Position numbers and translations under genes: made by a program
The notes under the pieces: model-generated
What the model saw: the letters and a program-made list of their open reading frames with translations, nothing else
Told to the model about the DNA's origin: nothing
Databases searched by the model: none
Assembly (NCBI RefSeq): GCF_009914755.1
Contig: NC_060926.1
From: the human T2T-CHM13v2.0 reference genome, Homo sapiens
DNA: 64,000 nucleotides
Reading direction: 5' to 3' (one strand)
Part shown: positions 48,011 through 61,413 of the stretch, one piece after another
Layout: every line of letters starts with the position of its first letter
How positions within the stretch are numbered: the first letter of the stretch is position 1

Positions 48011-51000
48011 GAACTTCTGAATCGATCATCCACGCTTGGAAGGCGAAACTCTGCTACTCAGCAAAGGAGACTTAAAAAAAATTGCGACTTTAAATGAGTC
48101 TCAACATTCAGGGAAGTGGGGTAGGTGGGGGAAAGGGTGAGCATGCAGCTTCGCACAGATCACTCCAGCAGGCACTCACCAGCACCACCCCCAGTGCACA
48201 CTCGAATGTTCCCCTAGAGGCATTGTCAAATATTTTCCATACGACAAAATAGGAAATTAGTACATGAAATGAGTGGTATATGGTACGATAGCATTATGGC
48301 TTATGTTGTTCTGTGACCATGTGACAATCAGGCATTTTTCACGAAGCTCCCTCGGGGAGCCCTTTGGTGACTGTGTCCAATCAGGCCCTGACCCTGAGGG
48401 GAGGTCCCACGGTCCTTCCTGCCCTTTAAGCATGAGAATGGAGCAGATGAGAACATCCTTACAGCCTTTCTTTCTGGGACAAGATTGCAGGTGACACAGG
48501 AGTAGATACGTGGGCAGCTGTGCCTGCCACTGCTGGAGCGAAAGGCCAGACCAGCAAGGGAGAATCTGCTGACGGACTGGAGGTGGGCAGAGCTGCTGAG
48601 GCAGGAAACACTGAGCTGCCCCAGGGTCACCGACATGGGGCTTGAGGGCTTCCTCCTAGGGAAGGGAGAAGGAAAGTCTCCCAAGGGCCATGACAGTGAG
48701 GAAAAGGGCCCCAGGAGGCCAGCTCCAGAGAGGACAGGGACTCTCAGCAGGGTGGGAGGGGCAGATGCCTGGGCAGATAGATTCTTCAGGTCTGAGGTTT
48801 CTTCTGGAAATTGCAGTGCCACTGCGTACAAGTCAGCAGCTGGGGGCATCCTCCATGATCTGGAAGCTGGGAGGAGCAGGGCAGGATGTGCGGAGAGACT
48901 GTTAGGAGGCCCCACCTCCCACAGGGAGCTCACTAGCTCTTCAAGCAAAGGGTGCACTGGCATCAGGACTTCCTGCAAGCAGGCAGGCAGCACACCAGGA
49001 GTGCGGGCACCACCCAGCACCCAGGCTGGTGAGACAGCGGCGGAGGCAGCCAGCAGGAGGGAACTCACCTTTCTTGAGTGTCCAGCAAGGCCGGCACTGT
49101 GCTAGGTGTGGAAGCTGAAGCCCCTGCACTGAGGATGGTGCAGCCCATGGGGAGGGCAAACACAGAAACAAACTTCCTACAGCCTGAGTGCAGCCTGGGC
49201 CCCTCCGCCTGCCACCTCCTGCAGGGGTTGGTGTTTTCACAGAGGGCTCAGCTGAAGTGTCCCTGAGGCACCTTCCAACCCTGCATCCTATGAGACTGCC
49301 TTATCAGCTCACCCTCTAGGATGAGGACATCCTGGCAGAGACACTGATAAGCCAAGGCCAAGGCCACAAAGGAAAGGGAGGGGCCGATGGAGGCCAGACC
49401 TGGAGATGTGGGAGCCAGGGCACAGGGCCCCAGCGCTAACTTTTGACCACTGTGGACACACACTTCAAGTGCATCACCTCAGCAGCACTGGTCCTGAGAA
49501 CTCTGGGGAGATGGCAGGCAGTCCTCTGGCTTCCAGGGTCTACTCATACGCTAAGCTCAAGATTGCTGGAGCTCTGAAGGGGCTCTGTGCCACACTGCGG
49601 GCTCCTTCCACTGTTTCGGGCATAGCACTGAACCCCGAAGAAAGTTCCAGGCCTAGTTCTGGAACCTCTAGCACATCCCTGAATTTCTCAGAGCTTCAGT
49701 TTCTTCCACTGCTCTGCCAAGGGAAGGGAGTCACCTCGTCACCAAGGCATCGTCCAGGTCTGACACTCCATGACTGTGATTCCATTTGGTTTCTTTAAAT
49801 CCCATTTTTACTTCTTGCTTTAGCACTAAAGCAAACTCCAGGCACTAAACTCAGGAGATGGGCCCATCTCTTTTGCCCCAAGTCCTAACACTCCAGAAAA
49901 GGCATCTGGAGCAGTCTGTTCCTTCTGATGCAAAATAAATCCACTGACACTCATCCTCCCTGGGCACCCAGGCCCAGAGCCCAGAGAACAGGCGGCTGCC
50001 TAGAGGCATCAAGGCCACCAGCCTCTTTCCCCCTCCACTGCCCTTTAAGTCCTTCCCTGGGCTTGGCTGAGGAGGCAGCAGGGAAAAGAGGCACAACTGC
50101 AGGAGAAAGGAGGAGGGCGGGTGGACGTGGCCAGACCCAGGAGGCTGCAGGGAGCTGGGACTCAGCACAGCAGCCTGGGAACTCCACTTTCAGCCTCGGC
50201 TAAAACCCCATGCCCAGAGTTCCTCAAAAAGCCCCTCAAGTCCCTCAAAGGCCCCAAAACATGCTGGGTGCTGAAGACAATGGCCTGCAAGCTTCACATG
50301 AGAAACTGAGACCCTCTGTCCCCACTCTTCCAGCAAGTTGAGGCCATTTTCTAGGAATGGTGAAGTCAAAGAAGCTGCTCTTTTCACATTACTCAGAAAC
50401 ACGCACTACCCCCAATCACAGATGCCAGCCATGCACAGGGGCCCGTTCTGAAGGCAGGGGCAGGTGCACCAGCCCAGGAGCCCAGAGAAACTACAGCCAG
50501 CGCTGCCTCGGCTTAGGGAACCTGCGGCCGGCTTCCTGGGTACAGCCATCGTAGGAAAGAGGGCCTTTCCTCAGCCAGCATCCCTGCCCCTTCCTCCACC
50601 ACCTTCCCTCTGTGGGACTGCTCCCAGGCAGACCTGGGGCCTCAGCCAGCATGGGCAGGAACTCCCAGAGGACACGGGAAGGACTCCTGAGGTGCGGACT
50701 GGAGGTATGGGCGCCTTGCAGCACAGGGCCTAAGAGGAGAGAAGCAGCTCAGCCTCCCCAGGTGGAAGGAGGCACCCCTTTCCTTCCAGGACAGCAACCT
50801 GTTGGTTTGTCCCAGGCCTGGTCAGGTGGGGCGAGGCTGCTCCTGGCGAACTAGGGACTCCTCTGCCCAAGCCCCTTCTCAGGGGAGGAGACCGGCATCC
50901 TACACACCCATGTCCACCATCCATGAACATTTACTGATCTCTCAGTAAGTCCCAGACCCTGTGCTAGGGTCCCTGCGATCACGAGCTCATAGACCAGATA

Positions 51001-51099
51001 AGCGCAGAGAAAGTTGTAATTAAACTACCCAATGCAGAACAATGACCAGCCCAGGTCAGGATACAGACCCAGGGCCATGGCTTAAGCAGCAGAGGGCCT

Positions 51100-52260
51100 G
51101 GGGCGTGGGCGGGGGTGCAGGGGAGGGAAAGGTCCAGAGAGAGGGTGTGACCCTGCAGGTCCGGCATAGCCAGGCATGAGGGCACTCCAGGTGGGAATGT
51201 GCCGCCCCAACCCCGGGCACCCCCCGGGGAATCCGGCGCCCGGTGACACAGGCCGCCCTCTTTGAGGGCCTGGATTGAGGAAGTTGGGGTCAGAGCTCCA
51301 GACTGGAGTCCCTCTTGCTGAATTCCCCTTCCAGACATCAGAGGCAAAGAGGAACCCTCATTCAGAGACCACCTGCACCAGCGCTTCCGGGCTGGGTCAG
51401 AAAAACAGGTCGTCCTCGCCGCCCGCGCCGGCGCCTGCAGCAGGTTCCTCTTCTGGGAGCCAGCACGCAGCCAGAGCTCCAGGGAGGGGGGTGCACCCCG
51501 GGGGTGGGACCCACGGGGCGGGGCCAGGCGACACCTCGCCCACTGCCGTGACTATGCCCAGCCCCAGCCAAAGCCCGCCCACTGCCGCAGCATGCCACGC
51601 CCCCTCCCGGCCCGCCTCGCAGGGTCATGTTCAAGGTCCTGCCCACCGCTCCTCCCACAATCCAGCCTCAGGGAGGGCCTCCAGGCTCACCTTCCCAGCC
51701 TCATTCCGCACAGCTTGCTACTCTCCACACGCACCGCCTCCCGTCTCCAGGCATACCAGCCGACCTGTTGGTCGCCTCTTTTCAAGTCCCCCTCATTGCT
51801 TAAGACCTTTCATCATTCCTAGGCCTGCGTATAATCTTTCTCTCTTTTACACCCCCCGCCCCGACCCTGGCAATCAGGGCACACATCGAATCCTGCCGGC
51901 TACTTTAACAGCTTCAGGCAGACCCCCATGGTTTCCTCCCGGCGAGGCACTTTGAAGTCCTGAAGAAATAAGTGTGAGGTGGTATGAGAGGGGCTCCTCG
52001 GTGACTTCCACAGGCCTCCATATCAGGCCTTCCCCTGCAGAATTCCATGGACCTCTCGGGGGTCCAGGACTCCTTCACAGCAGGGAGGCCCCGAACAGGA
52101 ACCTCGGGCCCTGCCTCGGGATCAGCGGGATCAGCGTTCCTCCGGGGCTGACTGGAGAACTTTCCTTTATCTGCAGGACCCGCTGGGGTCTCCCGGGCCT
52201 AGGCTTCCCTCGGAACTGCATCTCGAAGGGCAGCTCAGCTCGCACTCCGCGCACCTACTG
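51100..52260. promoter_or_regulatory. CpG-island-like promoter/enhancer
   Basis: highest CpG density in the window outside Alus; EGR site GCGTGGGCG 51103-51111; ETS CTTCCGG 51384-51390; GC box GGGGCGGGGC 51515-51524; SP/KLF GCCACGCCCC 51594-51603; minus-strand donor AAG|GTGAGC at 51690. Confidence 0.7.
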
Positions 52261-52324
52261 TGTGCTCTCTAAGCTGGACACCAGGAAAGCTCTGCGACTC
52301 TGCTGTGAACTCTGGGGTCAGTGA

Positions 52325-52465
52325 GACCCCGGGGTCAAAAGCTGGCTCTGCCGCTCACCATGGCTGTGACCCTGAGAAAGTTGTCTAACTTCCCTGAGCT
52401 TCGGTTTCCTAAGCTGCAAAATGGGAACAGCAATCGTTGTCTGTCTTGCAGCCTTGTTACAATGG
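52325..52465 (+). mobile_element. MIR
   Basis: ggctgtgaccctgagaaagttgtctaacttccctgagcttcggtttcctaagctgcaaaatggg. Confidence 0.8.
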
Positions 52466-52539
52466 CCGAAGGAAAGAGCATGGCACGGAATGGGTTCTCA
52501 GTTAGAGGCTACAGAATACCCAGCTCCTCCTGCAGGTGA

Positions 52540-53050
52540 AGAGCACCAGCTCTGAGCCAAATGACCTGAGCTCACACACGGGCTCTGCCAGACACTGGTT
52601 GCATAACCTTGAACAAGTTTCCTCATCTTTCTGTGCCTCGGTTTTCTCATCTGTAGAATGGGCATAACATGGTGCAGTGTTTCTACTTGGGAGGGATAAA
52701 AATGGTCTGGAAGTTGATAGTGGTGACGGCTGCACAACCCTATGAATATAATTCACATCGCCAGGTTCTGATATGAATTATAAAATATAAATTATAAAAA
52801 TGATAAGCTTTATATATTTTTCCACAATTTTTAAAAATATGCCAAGAAGCAATGGATTGTACACTTTCAATGGGTAAATTGTATAGTACGTTAATTTCTC
52901 TCACTATAACTGTTTTTAGAAAATGTTAAGAATGGAGATAATAATAATGTTACCTACCTCTAAGGGTCATTAGAGGAGAATGAATGAGTTCACACAGTGC
53001 TTAGAAGAGCTTACAATAGTGACCAGCACAGGATAAACCCTTAACTGGTG
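52540..53050 (+). mobile_element. MIR split by an L1MB-type 3' end (about 52668-52928)
   Basis: MIR core ...ctcatctgtagaatggg resumes as agaatggagataataataatgttacctacctc; degenerate TSD agaatgggcataa/agaatggagataa. Confidence 0.75.
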
Positions 53051-53155
53051 TTGACTGTCATATCAAATATACCTCATATGTCACTTCGTTTCATCTCTGA
53101 AACAACTCTACGGGTTAAAATGTATTTTTCCTTATTTTATGGGCAAGAAAATTGA

Positions 53156-53472
<317 letters not shown>

Positions 53473-53591
53473 AAGTTAAGCCACCCATGTGGAAGTTGCA
53501 GAGCCAGGATTCAAACCCCAATTACGTCTGATGCCACAGTTAGTCCAGGTCTTGGGGAAGATGTTGAGAAGATGGTATGTCGCTGTCTTAC

Positions 53592-53689
53592 CTGGCTGAG
53601 TAGCCACAAGCAACAAGCCAAAGGGCACCCTGAGGGGAGAACACTGTGGCTCTCAGTGGCCGCCTCGGGAGAAACAGCAGCAGCTACAC
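53592..53689 (-). ncRNA. Candidate 98-nt exon upstream (minus-strand sense) of the CpG region
   Basis: acceptor cctctttccccaccccccacctgcag|G; donor CAG|GTAAGA (GT at 53591-53590). Confidence 0.35.
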
Positions 53690-55712
53690 CTGCAGGTGGG
53701 GGGTGGGGAAAGAGGCTGCGGTAGGCAAGCGAGTGGTGGAGATAGGGGAGGATGCAACTTCCCTGATCCATTTAGAACTGAAACGTCCCACTCACTAGTG
53801 CCACCAGCTCCCACTATAGCCAGTGCACCTGACATGCAACAAGAGCTTGAAACCGCGTCACCTTCCTGAGGAAACAGAAGCATGACGGGGTTTGGGGATC
53901 GGTGAGAGTCTGGGTTTTCTGGGGCCTTTTTCATTTTGTTTGAGGATCCTTTTTAAATTGTTATTATTCGACCCACTCAGAAATGCCTGAACTTTCCGCT
54001 TCCAAGTTGGCTGGAAATCACCTCACAGGGACGTTGCTAAGTGAAAATTAAAGTTCTTGACATTTGAGATGTCATCCTGCTCAGACACGAAAGAAAAGGT
54101 CACCAGTGTAAAGGGTAACCCATGAGTGGTGAGGTTCCCACAGCAACACCCAAGTAACACCAGATACCTCTGAGATTGCTGCTATCAAGCCACAGCCCCC
54201 GGGAGCTCCCAAGCAGGGGGCCTCCCCCTTGGCTGGAAGAGCAGGAGAAGATTCTGGGCTCCATGAGAGGGCTGGCAGCTGTAGAGGCTGCCTGGCCTGG
54301 GATGCTCCATTCCCCTTCAGGATGTCCAGCTGGGCTGGACCGGCCTCTTCCAAAAGTGGAACTCGCATTTGACCCCTGGGGGAGGCCATGGTAGATCTGA
54401 GGGAGCCAAAGAGGTCCCCAAGCCAGTCCAGGAGGCAGGACAGGGGCCTGGAGCCAGGAGACAGAGCAGTGGATTCAAAGCCAAAGGGGCTGGGTTGATT
54501 CACTTTCTTCTCACGGCAGCCATCCGAAGCGAGGGCTGCTGTGATTCATGGTGGGGGAACAGCTAGAGCCATGGGGCGGCCGGTGGGACCAAATCAAAGG
54601 GTGATGGCCAGGCACGAGCGCTGCCAGAGGTGGCCCGTGCCGGCCTCACAGGGCAGCGAACGGGGTCCGGGTCAGGTCACGCCTCAGGAGCCAGAACAGC
54701 TCATGTCAAACCAAGACAAGGTGTGAACCAGGTCAAGATAGCTCACCTTCAAATCTGAAAACAGCCCCACGTTGAGGACAGGTTTGCAGCAAACCTAAAA
54801 CCTGGAATTTGAGAGGTCAAACACAGTCCCAGTCTAAACACATTTGCTTTAAAGTAAGAAAAAGTGAGGTCTGGAGCACATCTGGAGTTTCACATCTGGA
54901 GTGCAAGCGGCACCGTTCAAAACGGGACTTCGCGTTTGAGCCCAAGGCCCCCTCGGCTCCCTGGTCACCTCCCCGACCGGGGGCAGAGCAGATGAGCTCC
55001 AGACAGCCAAGGGGGCAGCACTCCAGCTTCCTCCCCTCCCTCCTCCCAGGCCTGCAGGGGAGAGGAACTTTCACCCACGTGGGGGCCCCTCCTCCACTGC
55101 AGCTCTTCATCTTAGAAAGATGCCAGGTAGGATGTAACCTGTGGCCACCGCGGCAGCACGGCCACCCCATCCTCCTGTCCCGACGGCACAAAATGGCTGC
55201 TGGGTCCTTCTTCCACTCTGCAAAGTAGTTGGATCTCCTTCAGCAGTGGTCCTCAGACCATGGCTGTCCCCTCGGTCTCCAACTTATTCTCTCCCTCCGG
55301 CCATCTTCCAACAGCCTCCTAGCTGGCTCGCAGTGACATGCAGCGTGAGCTACCAGCCCTCCATATCAGGGACCCCCCAATGTGAGGGCCGCAGAGCTGT
55401 GCCCAGGGCTTTACCCGAAACCTGAATGCTTCAGGGACCAGGCACAACCAGGTGAAGCCCTCCAGGGCCTCTCGCCTTCTCACGTAAGTAGTGCTTCAGT
55501 CCTGAGCTCCGCCCTAGCAGCCCTTGTATATGGGTCCCAAGCTCTAGTCTAAATACCCAGTGTCTGTCTCAGTGGTGAACACGAGTTGAAGGCTTTATGC
55601 TGTGGTATAAAGTCATCCCCATTCTACAGATTGGGAAACCAGGATCCAGTGGGGCAGGTGGGAACCTGGTAAATGGCAGAGCCCAGTTTGAAGCCAGGCC
55701 TGCCTGGTGGAA

Positions 55713-55815
55713 CCCTGTGCCACCAACCCTGGAGAAACCCACCTGGCCTCCTCTGCTCAGGCCCCTGTGCCACCAACCCTGGAGAAACCCACCTGGCCTC
55801 CTCTGCTCAGGCCCC
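55713..55815. repeat. Perfect 50-bp tandem duplication
   Basis: ccctgtgccaccaaccctggagaaacccacctggcctcctctgctcaggc twice, then ccc. Confidence 0.97.
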
Positions 55816-56812
55816 GCACTGACCCTGCTGGCTTCTCCACAGCCCCATCAAGCCCCACAGGTCCTCAGAAGGTCAAAAGCCTCGGAAACAGTTCAGCCAG
55901 AACAATTTTGCCACCCAAATGGTGACTCAAGGAGGGAGGCAGAAGAATGCGTAAGTCTCCCCCCAGCTTCTGCAGCCTCATTCATCTCTAAGTCTGGTCC
56001 CTGCTTCTACTTATTCAACAACATCTTAGTGCATGCTGGGTGCTGCTGGGAGCCCCCTGCCTGTACTAACACACTGGGCCACCTCACGGACATCATTCCC
56101 ATTTCACAGATGGAAAAACTAAGGCAAAGGGCGGCTGCACGGACCATCTTACCAGCGCTAAGTAGGGAAGTTGGAATCTGAACCCAGACCATGCGGCTCT
56201 AGGGTCTCTCTCCAAGGAGGGCACTACCTGGTGAGACTGATCTCAGTCACCCTCCCTGCCCCAGAGCAGCCCTTACTTTCCCTCCTCCAAGCTATACACC
56301 ATCCTGACCATGCTGCTGCTCATACAGGAGGGGAAGGAAGGTTGATGGTGTGAGATACCAAAGGGCTGTGATGCCTTTTTCATTTTAAGAAGCCACATCC
56401 TTTCCCACCTTACAAGAATAGTCATTGGAGGGCAAAAATAGATGGCTCATTAGCTATTGATTCATATTGCTCTGGAAGATGATTTTGAAATATGCACCAG
56501 CCACAGCCTCGTAGGATCATTAGGATACACCTATAGCCCGTTTCCTGCATCCCAAGAAGAAGTTTATACAGAGCTGTCAGGTCAGTTGGGTACAGTAGAA
56601 ATCTCAGCTAAAACAGTCTCACCTGACAACACCAGTGCACTCCCGGGGCACCAGGGGACATCAGAGGCATTGTTACCCCTGGAGGACTGCAGTCAGAGGG
56701 GCTGGGCACTCAAAGCAGACACTGTTTAATGGAATAGCCGAATATTATGACATCTTACAACATCTGCAAGCCAAGAACTCACAGCAGGGATGAGTAAAAG
56801 AACTAAAGTGGT

Positions 56813-57616
<804 letters not shown>

Positions 57617-58038
57617 CTATCTTCACACCCCTTTTTGGCTTTCTGGAAGGATTTGGGGGCAGTTGTTATGTGTCTGCTTTTTCAAGTTATAGGGTGATTC
57701 TGTATTGTTGAAATCTAGCACCTTGATAAAATAACAGTGACTGTTCTTGCAATGAATCTTGCTGTTTGGGAGGGCTCTGTCGTATAAATGGAAGCTGGCT
57801 CTTATAAATATTTGGTTAATTGGCTGTACTATCTCAAATAAATGCTTTGCTCTCGGTGTTTCTGGTGGTTAACAGTTTGGGAAGCAGTTTTTATATGCAT
57901 TAGCCAGTGGCTGAAATGTAATCAGCGCTAAATAAAAGTTGATTGAATTGAATTGAGTTATCCAATTTGATTTTCACATGGCCTATGAAGGGTTAGGTTT
58001 TTGTCAGAGGGAAAAGTTGCCTTTTAAAAATAAAACTC

Positions 58039-58346
58039 GGCCAGACGCGGTGGCTCACGCCTGTAATCCCAGCACTTTGGGAGGCAGAGGCAGGTAAATC
58101 ACCTGAGGACAGGAGTTCGAGACCAGCCTGGCCAACATGGCAAAATCCTGTGTCTACTAAAAATACAAAAATTAGTTGGGCATGGTGGCATGCGCCTGTA
58201 ATTTCAGCTACTCAGTAGGCTAAAGCACAAGAATTGCTTGAACCCGGGAGGCAGAGTTTGCGGTGAGCCGAGATCGTGCCACTCTACTCCAGGCTGGGTG
58301 ACGGAGTGAGACTGTGTCTCAAATAAATAAATAAATAAATAGAAAT
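58039..58346 (+). mobile_element. AluSx-like with (AAAT)n tail
   Basis: dimeric Alu; TSD aaaaataaaactc/aaaaataaaagtc. Confidence 0.95.
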
Positions 58347-58359
58347 AAAAATAAAAGTC

Positions 58360-59007
58360 ACATGCCCGTAGTGACTGAATTCAATCACTATGAAAGGTTA
58401 TACAATCCAGGTTAGTTTCCTGCTTGTTTCATGCCCCCATTCACTCTCCAGAGGGGTCCGTTATCAACCCATCCACCCAGAAATTCCCCACCTACACAAA
58501 CACATGCAAATATCTTTTTGCAAAAAAAAAAAAAAGCTGTCTATCATCACCAGTTTTTGCATTTTTGTTTTAATTTAATAACATAAATTGGCGTGCTTTT
58601 CCTATAAAATCTGTCTCATTCATTTAGACGTCAGTATAAGATTCCATTATATAGATGCATCATAATTTATATCCCCAGCTTCTAGTTTATGGCCATTACA
58701 AATCTTGCTACAGTGAGCGCCCTTGTTCATATTGCCACAGGATATCTGAAGGGCAAATTCCTAGAAGTGGAATTGGAAGTCTCAAATTACATGCACTTAT
58801 GTACGTAAGGCAAAATTGCCACCAACGTAAACTCTGGTCCAGTTTCTACTGCCACCAGCAGTGCTGAGAGCCCTGTTCCACCACACCTGAGTCATCACTG
58901 CAGATGATCAAACTTGTTCATCTTTGTCAATATAATTGGTGAAAAATGGCATCGTCTTCCGATTCGCATTTATGAAGCAGTGAAGTTGAGCTCCTTTTCA
59001 TGTATTC
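58360..59007 (-). mobile_element. L1ME-type remnant
   Basis: aaattcctagaagtggaattg...ccaccagcagtg...tctttgtcaatataattggtgaaaaatggcatc...gttgagctccttttcatgt. Confidence 0.75.
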
Positions 59008-59677
59008 GCAATATAGTAGGTTGTGTTGTGTTGTTTTGTTTTGTTTTTAAGTGAGGCTAAGATCCAGAGAAGAGAAAGAAATGTTTTAAATGTTACTGTC
59101 AATAGCTATAGAGCAGTCAGCTATGCTCATGTCAGCCCCACGTTAGTAACTTATAAACATCCAAATGGAGGGGTCAACAAACATCACTAGCTTCATATTC
59201 AGGCCAAAATGCTTTCTACCAAATTCATCTACCACCTGAGCTTCCGAGTGGGGGAGAGATTGAGCCCAACTCAATGGCAACTGGACACGACACTTTCCTC
59301 TCTCTGCTGCACCTTCCTCCTTCCAGAGTGGCCCCATTACTGAAGTGTTTGTTAACTTTTGTTAAAACACACTCTCTTTTGGTACAAAAGAGAAGTCTGG
59401 TGGGGGAATGGAACGTTGTGGTGTTGGAATCATTACGTCTTATCCCGACCTAGCAAAATGTGTCTCTTTTTGTTTTTCCTGCTTTTGATTTTAATGTTTT
59501 ATTTCATTTTTGCTCTGAACAGGTGACACATTCACATGGTTCAAACCTCAAAACAACATAACCAGGTGAACTTTGAGAAGCCTGGTTCCCACCCCCGACT
59601 TGATCATCATCTCATCCCCCACCCCTTATAATTACTCTTCTCCTTATTGTCAATAGTTTTTATTATGGAAATATCAG

Positions 59678-59828
59678 AGCTGGGTACAGTGGCGCTCACC
59701 CATAGCTACTCAGGAGACCGAGGTGGGAGGACTACCTGAGCCCAGGAGGTCTACAGTGAGCCGTGATCACACCACTGCACTCCAGCCTTGGCAACAGAGC
59801 AAGACACTGTCTCATAAAAAGAAAGAAG
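59678..59828 (+). mobile_element. Alu monomer (FRAM/AluJ right-arm-like)
   Basis: agctactcaggagaccgaggtgggaggactacctgagcccaggagg...cactgcactccagccttggcaacagagcaagac. Confidence 0.8.
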
Positions 59829-60684
59829 ATAATAGGGGTTTTGAATTGATCTTCTAAATTTCAAAATATATAATAGTGCATAGGCTTTTTCAAACGATCT
59901 TGCTCCACTCACCTCTACCCAGCAGGCATCTTCCTCCCTTTTGAGAAGCCCTGGAAGAGAGATCCCCAAAGTTCTGTCCATGATGAAGACCATGCGGCAA
60001 ACGTGAGAGGGAGCCACAATGCAGCTGCCATACATAAATAATGTTTTCACCGTCAACATTTCCCAGGAGGGACATTGCTATTTTGTGAGTGAGCACCTCA
60101 TCCCTGGGAGCATTCAAAGAGATGCAGCCAGGGACAGTGTAGAGCTTTCCACAGGTGTCAGGAGAAAGGAGCATGAGACTTCTTCCACTTCCGGAATTCC
60201 ACGTTAAAATTTATGTATTCAACACACATATATAAATACAGCTTCCTGTGTGCCTACCAACATGCTAGAGAGTGCCTGCAGAGAGCTGCATCATAAGCCC
60301 TGCCTGCATTCGGGGAGACGAGGCCAGCGCTGTTGTGCACAGGGTTGCAGGTTTTTCAGTGCACACATTTCCTAACTGCACGGGGAGTTCGTGAGCCAGA
60401 CAGCTAGCCAGGTAGCAGACAGAGGCACATGGAGAAGGTGTCAAGAGTCAGTGGGACGGGGCAATGGAGAGCAGAACAGAACAGGAACGGCTCCTCCAGA
60501 AGCTGAATCCTGAGAGGCAGCCTCTCTGCACCGCACTCCTCATGGCCTCCCTGCCTATCAGGCGTCACAATGGTGTGACTGATATGCTCTTGGAATGGCC
60601 GGGAGTGGCACTGTGGGATCCTGGAGCTGTGACAACAAATGGGAAAGGAATCCAGAGGCCTGGGCACTGCCTCTAACTGTCTCA

Positions 60685-60990
<306 letters not shown>

Positions 60991-61195
60991 GACACACAGA
61001 TGGAGCGGTGACCATGTGAGGACACACCCACAAGAGGGCCATTTGCAAGCCAAGAAGAGATGACTGGGGAGAAACCAACCCTGCAGACACCTTAATCTTG
61101 GATTTCCAGACTCCAGAACCGTGAGAAAGTAGATTTGTTGTTTAAGCTCCCTGGCCCTGTGGTATTTTGTTATCACAGTCCTAGAAAACTGATAC
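60991..61195 (+). mobile_element. MLT1A/B-like LTR, 3' half only
   Basis: accatgtgaggacac...gcaagccaagaagaga...gaaaccaaccctgcagacaccttaatcttggatttccag...ggtattttgttat...aactgatac. Confidence 0.88.
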
Positions 61196-61356
61196 CATCA
61201 TTATTTATCCCTTTGGTGTTTTTAATCTTTCTTCTTTTCTGAGCCATTTGTGGTTTCCTTCTCTATAAGAGTAGATTACAAGTCCTTACGAGAGGAAGCC
61301 ATAGATTGTGTCTCCCACTCACATGAGCAAACCCATAAAACCCATACTTGCAAATC

Positions 61357-61366
61357 CGCACACGCG

Positions 61367-61411
<45 letters not shown>
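61357..61411. repeat. Compound microsatellite (CG)6(CA)18
   Basis: 55 bp of uninterrupted purine-pyrimidine alternation. Confidence 0.97.

Positions 61412-61413
<2 letters not shown>

Noticed and set aside
54747-54754. 8-nt minus-strand microexon pattern ttttcag|ATTTGAAG|gtgagc
   Set aside because: Very short pyrimidine tract preceded by a G-run; could easily be chance.
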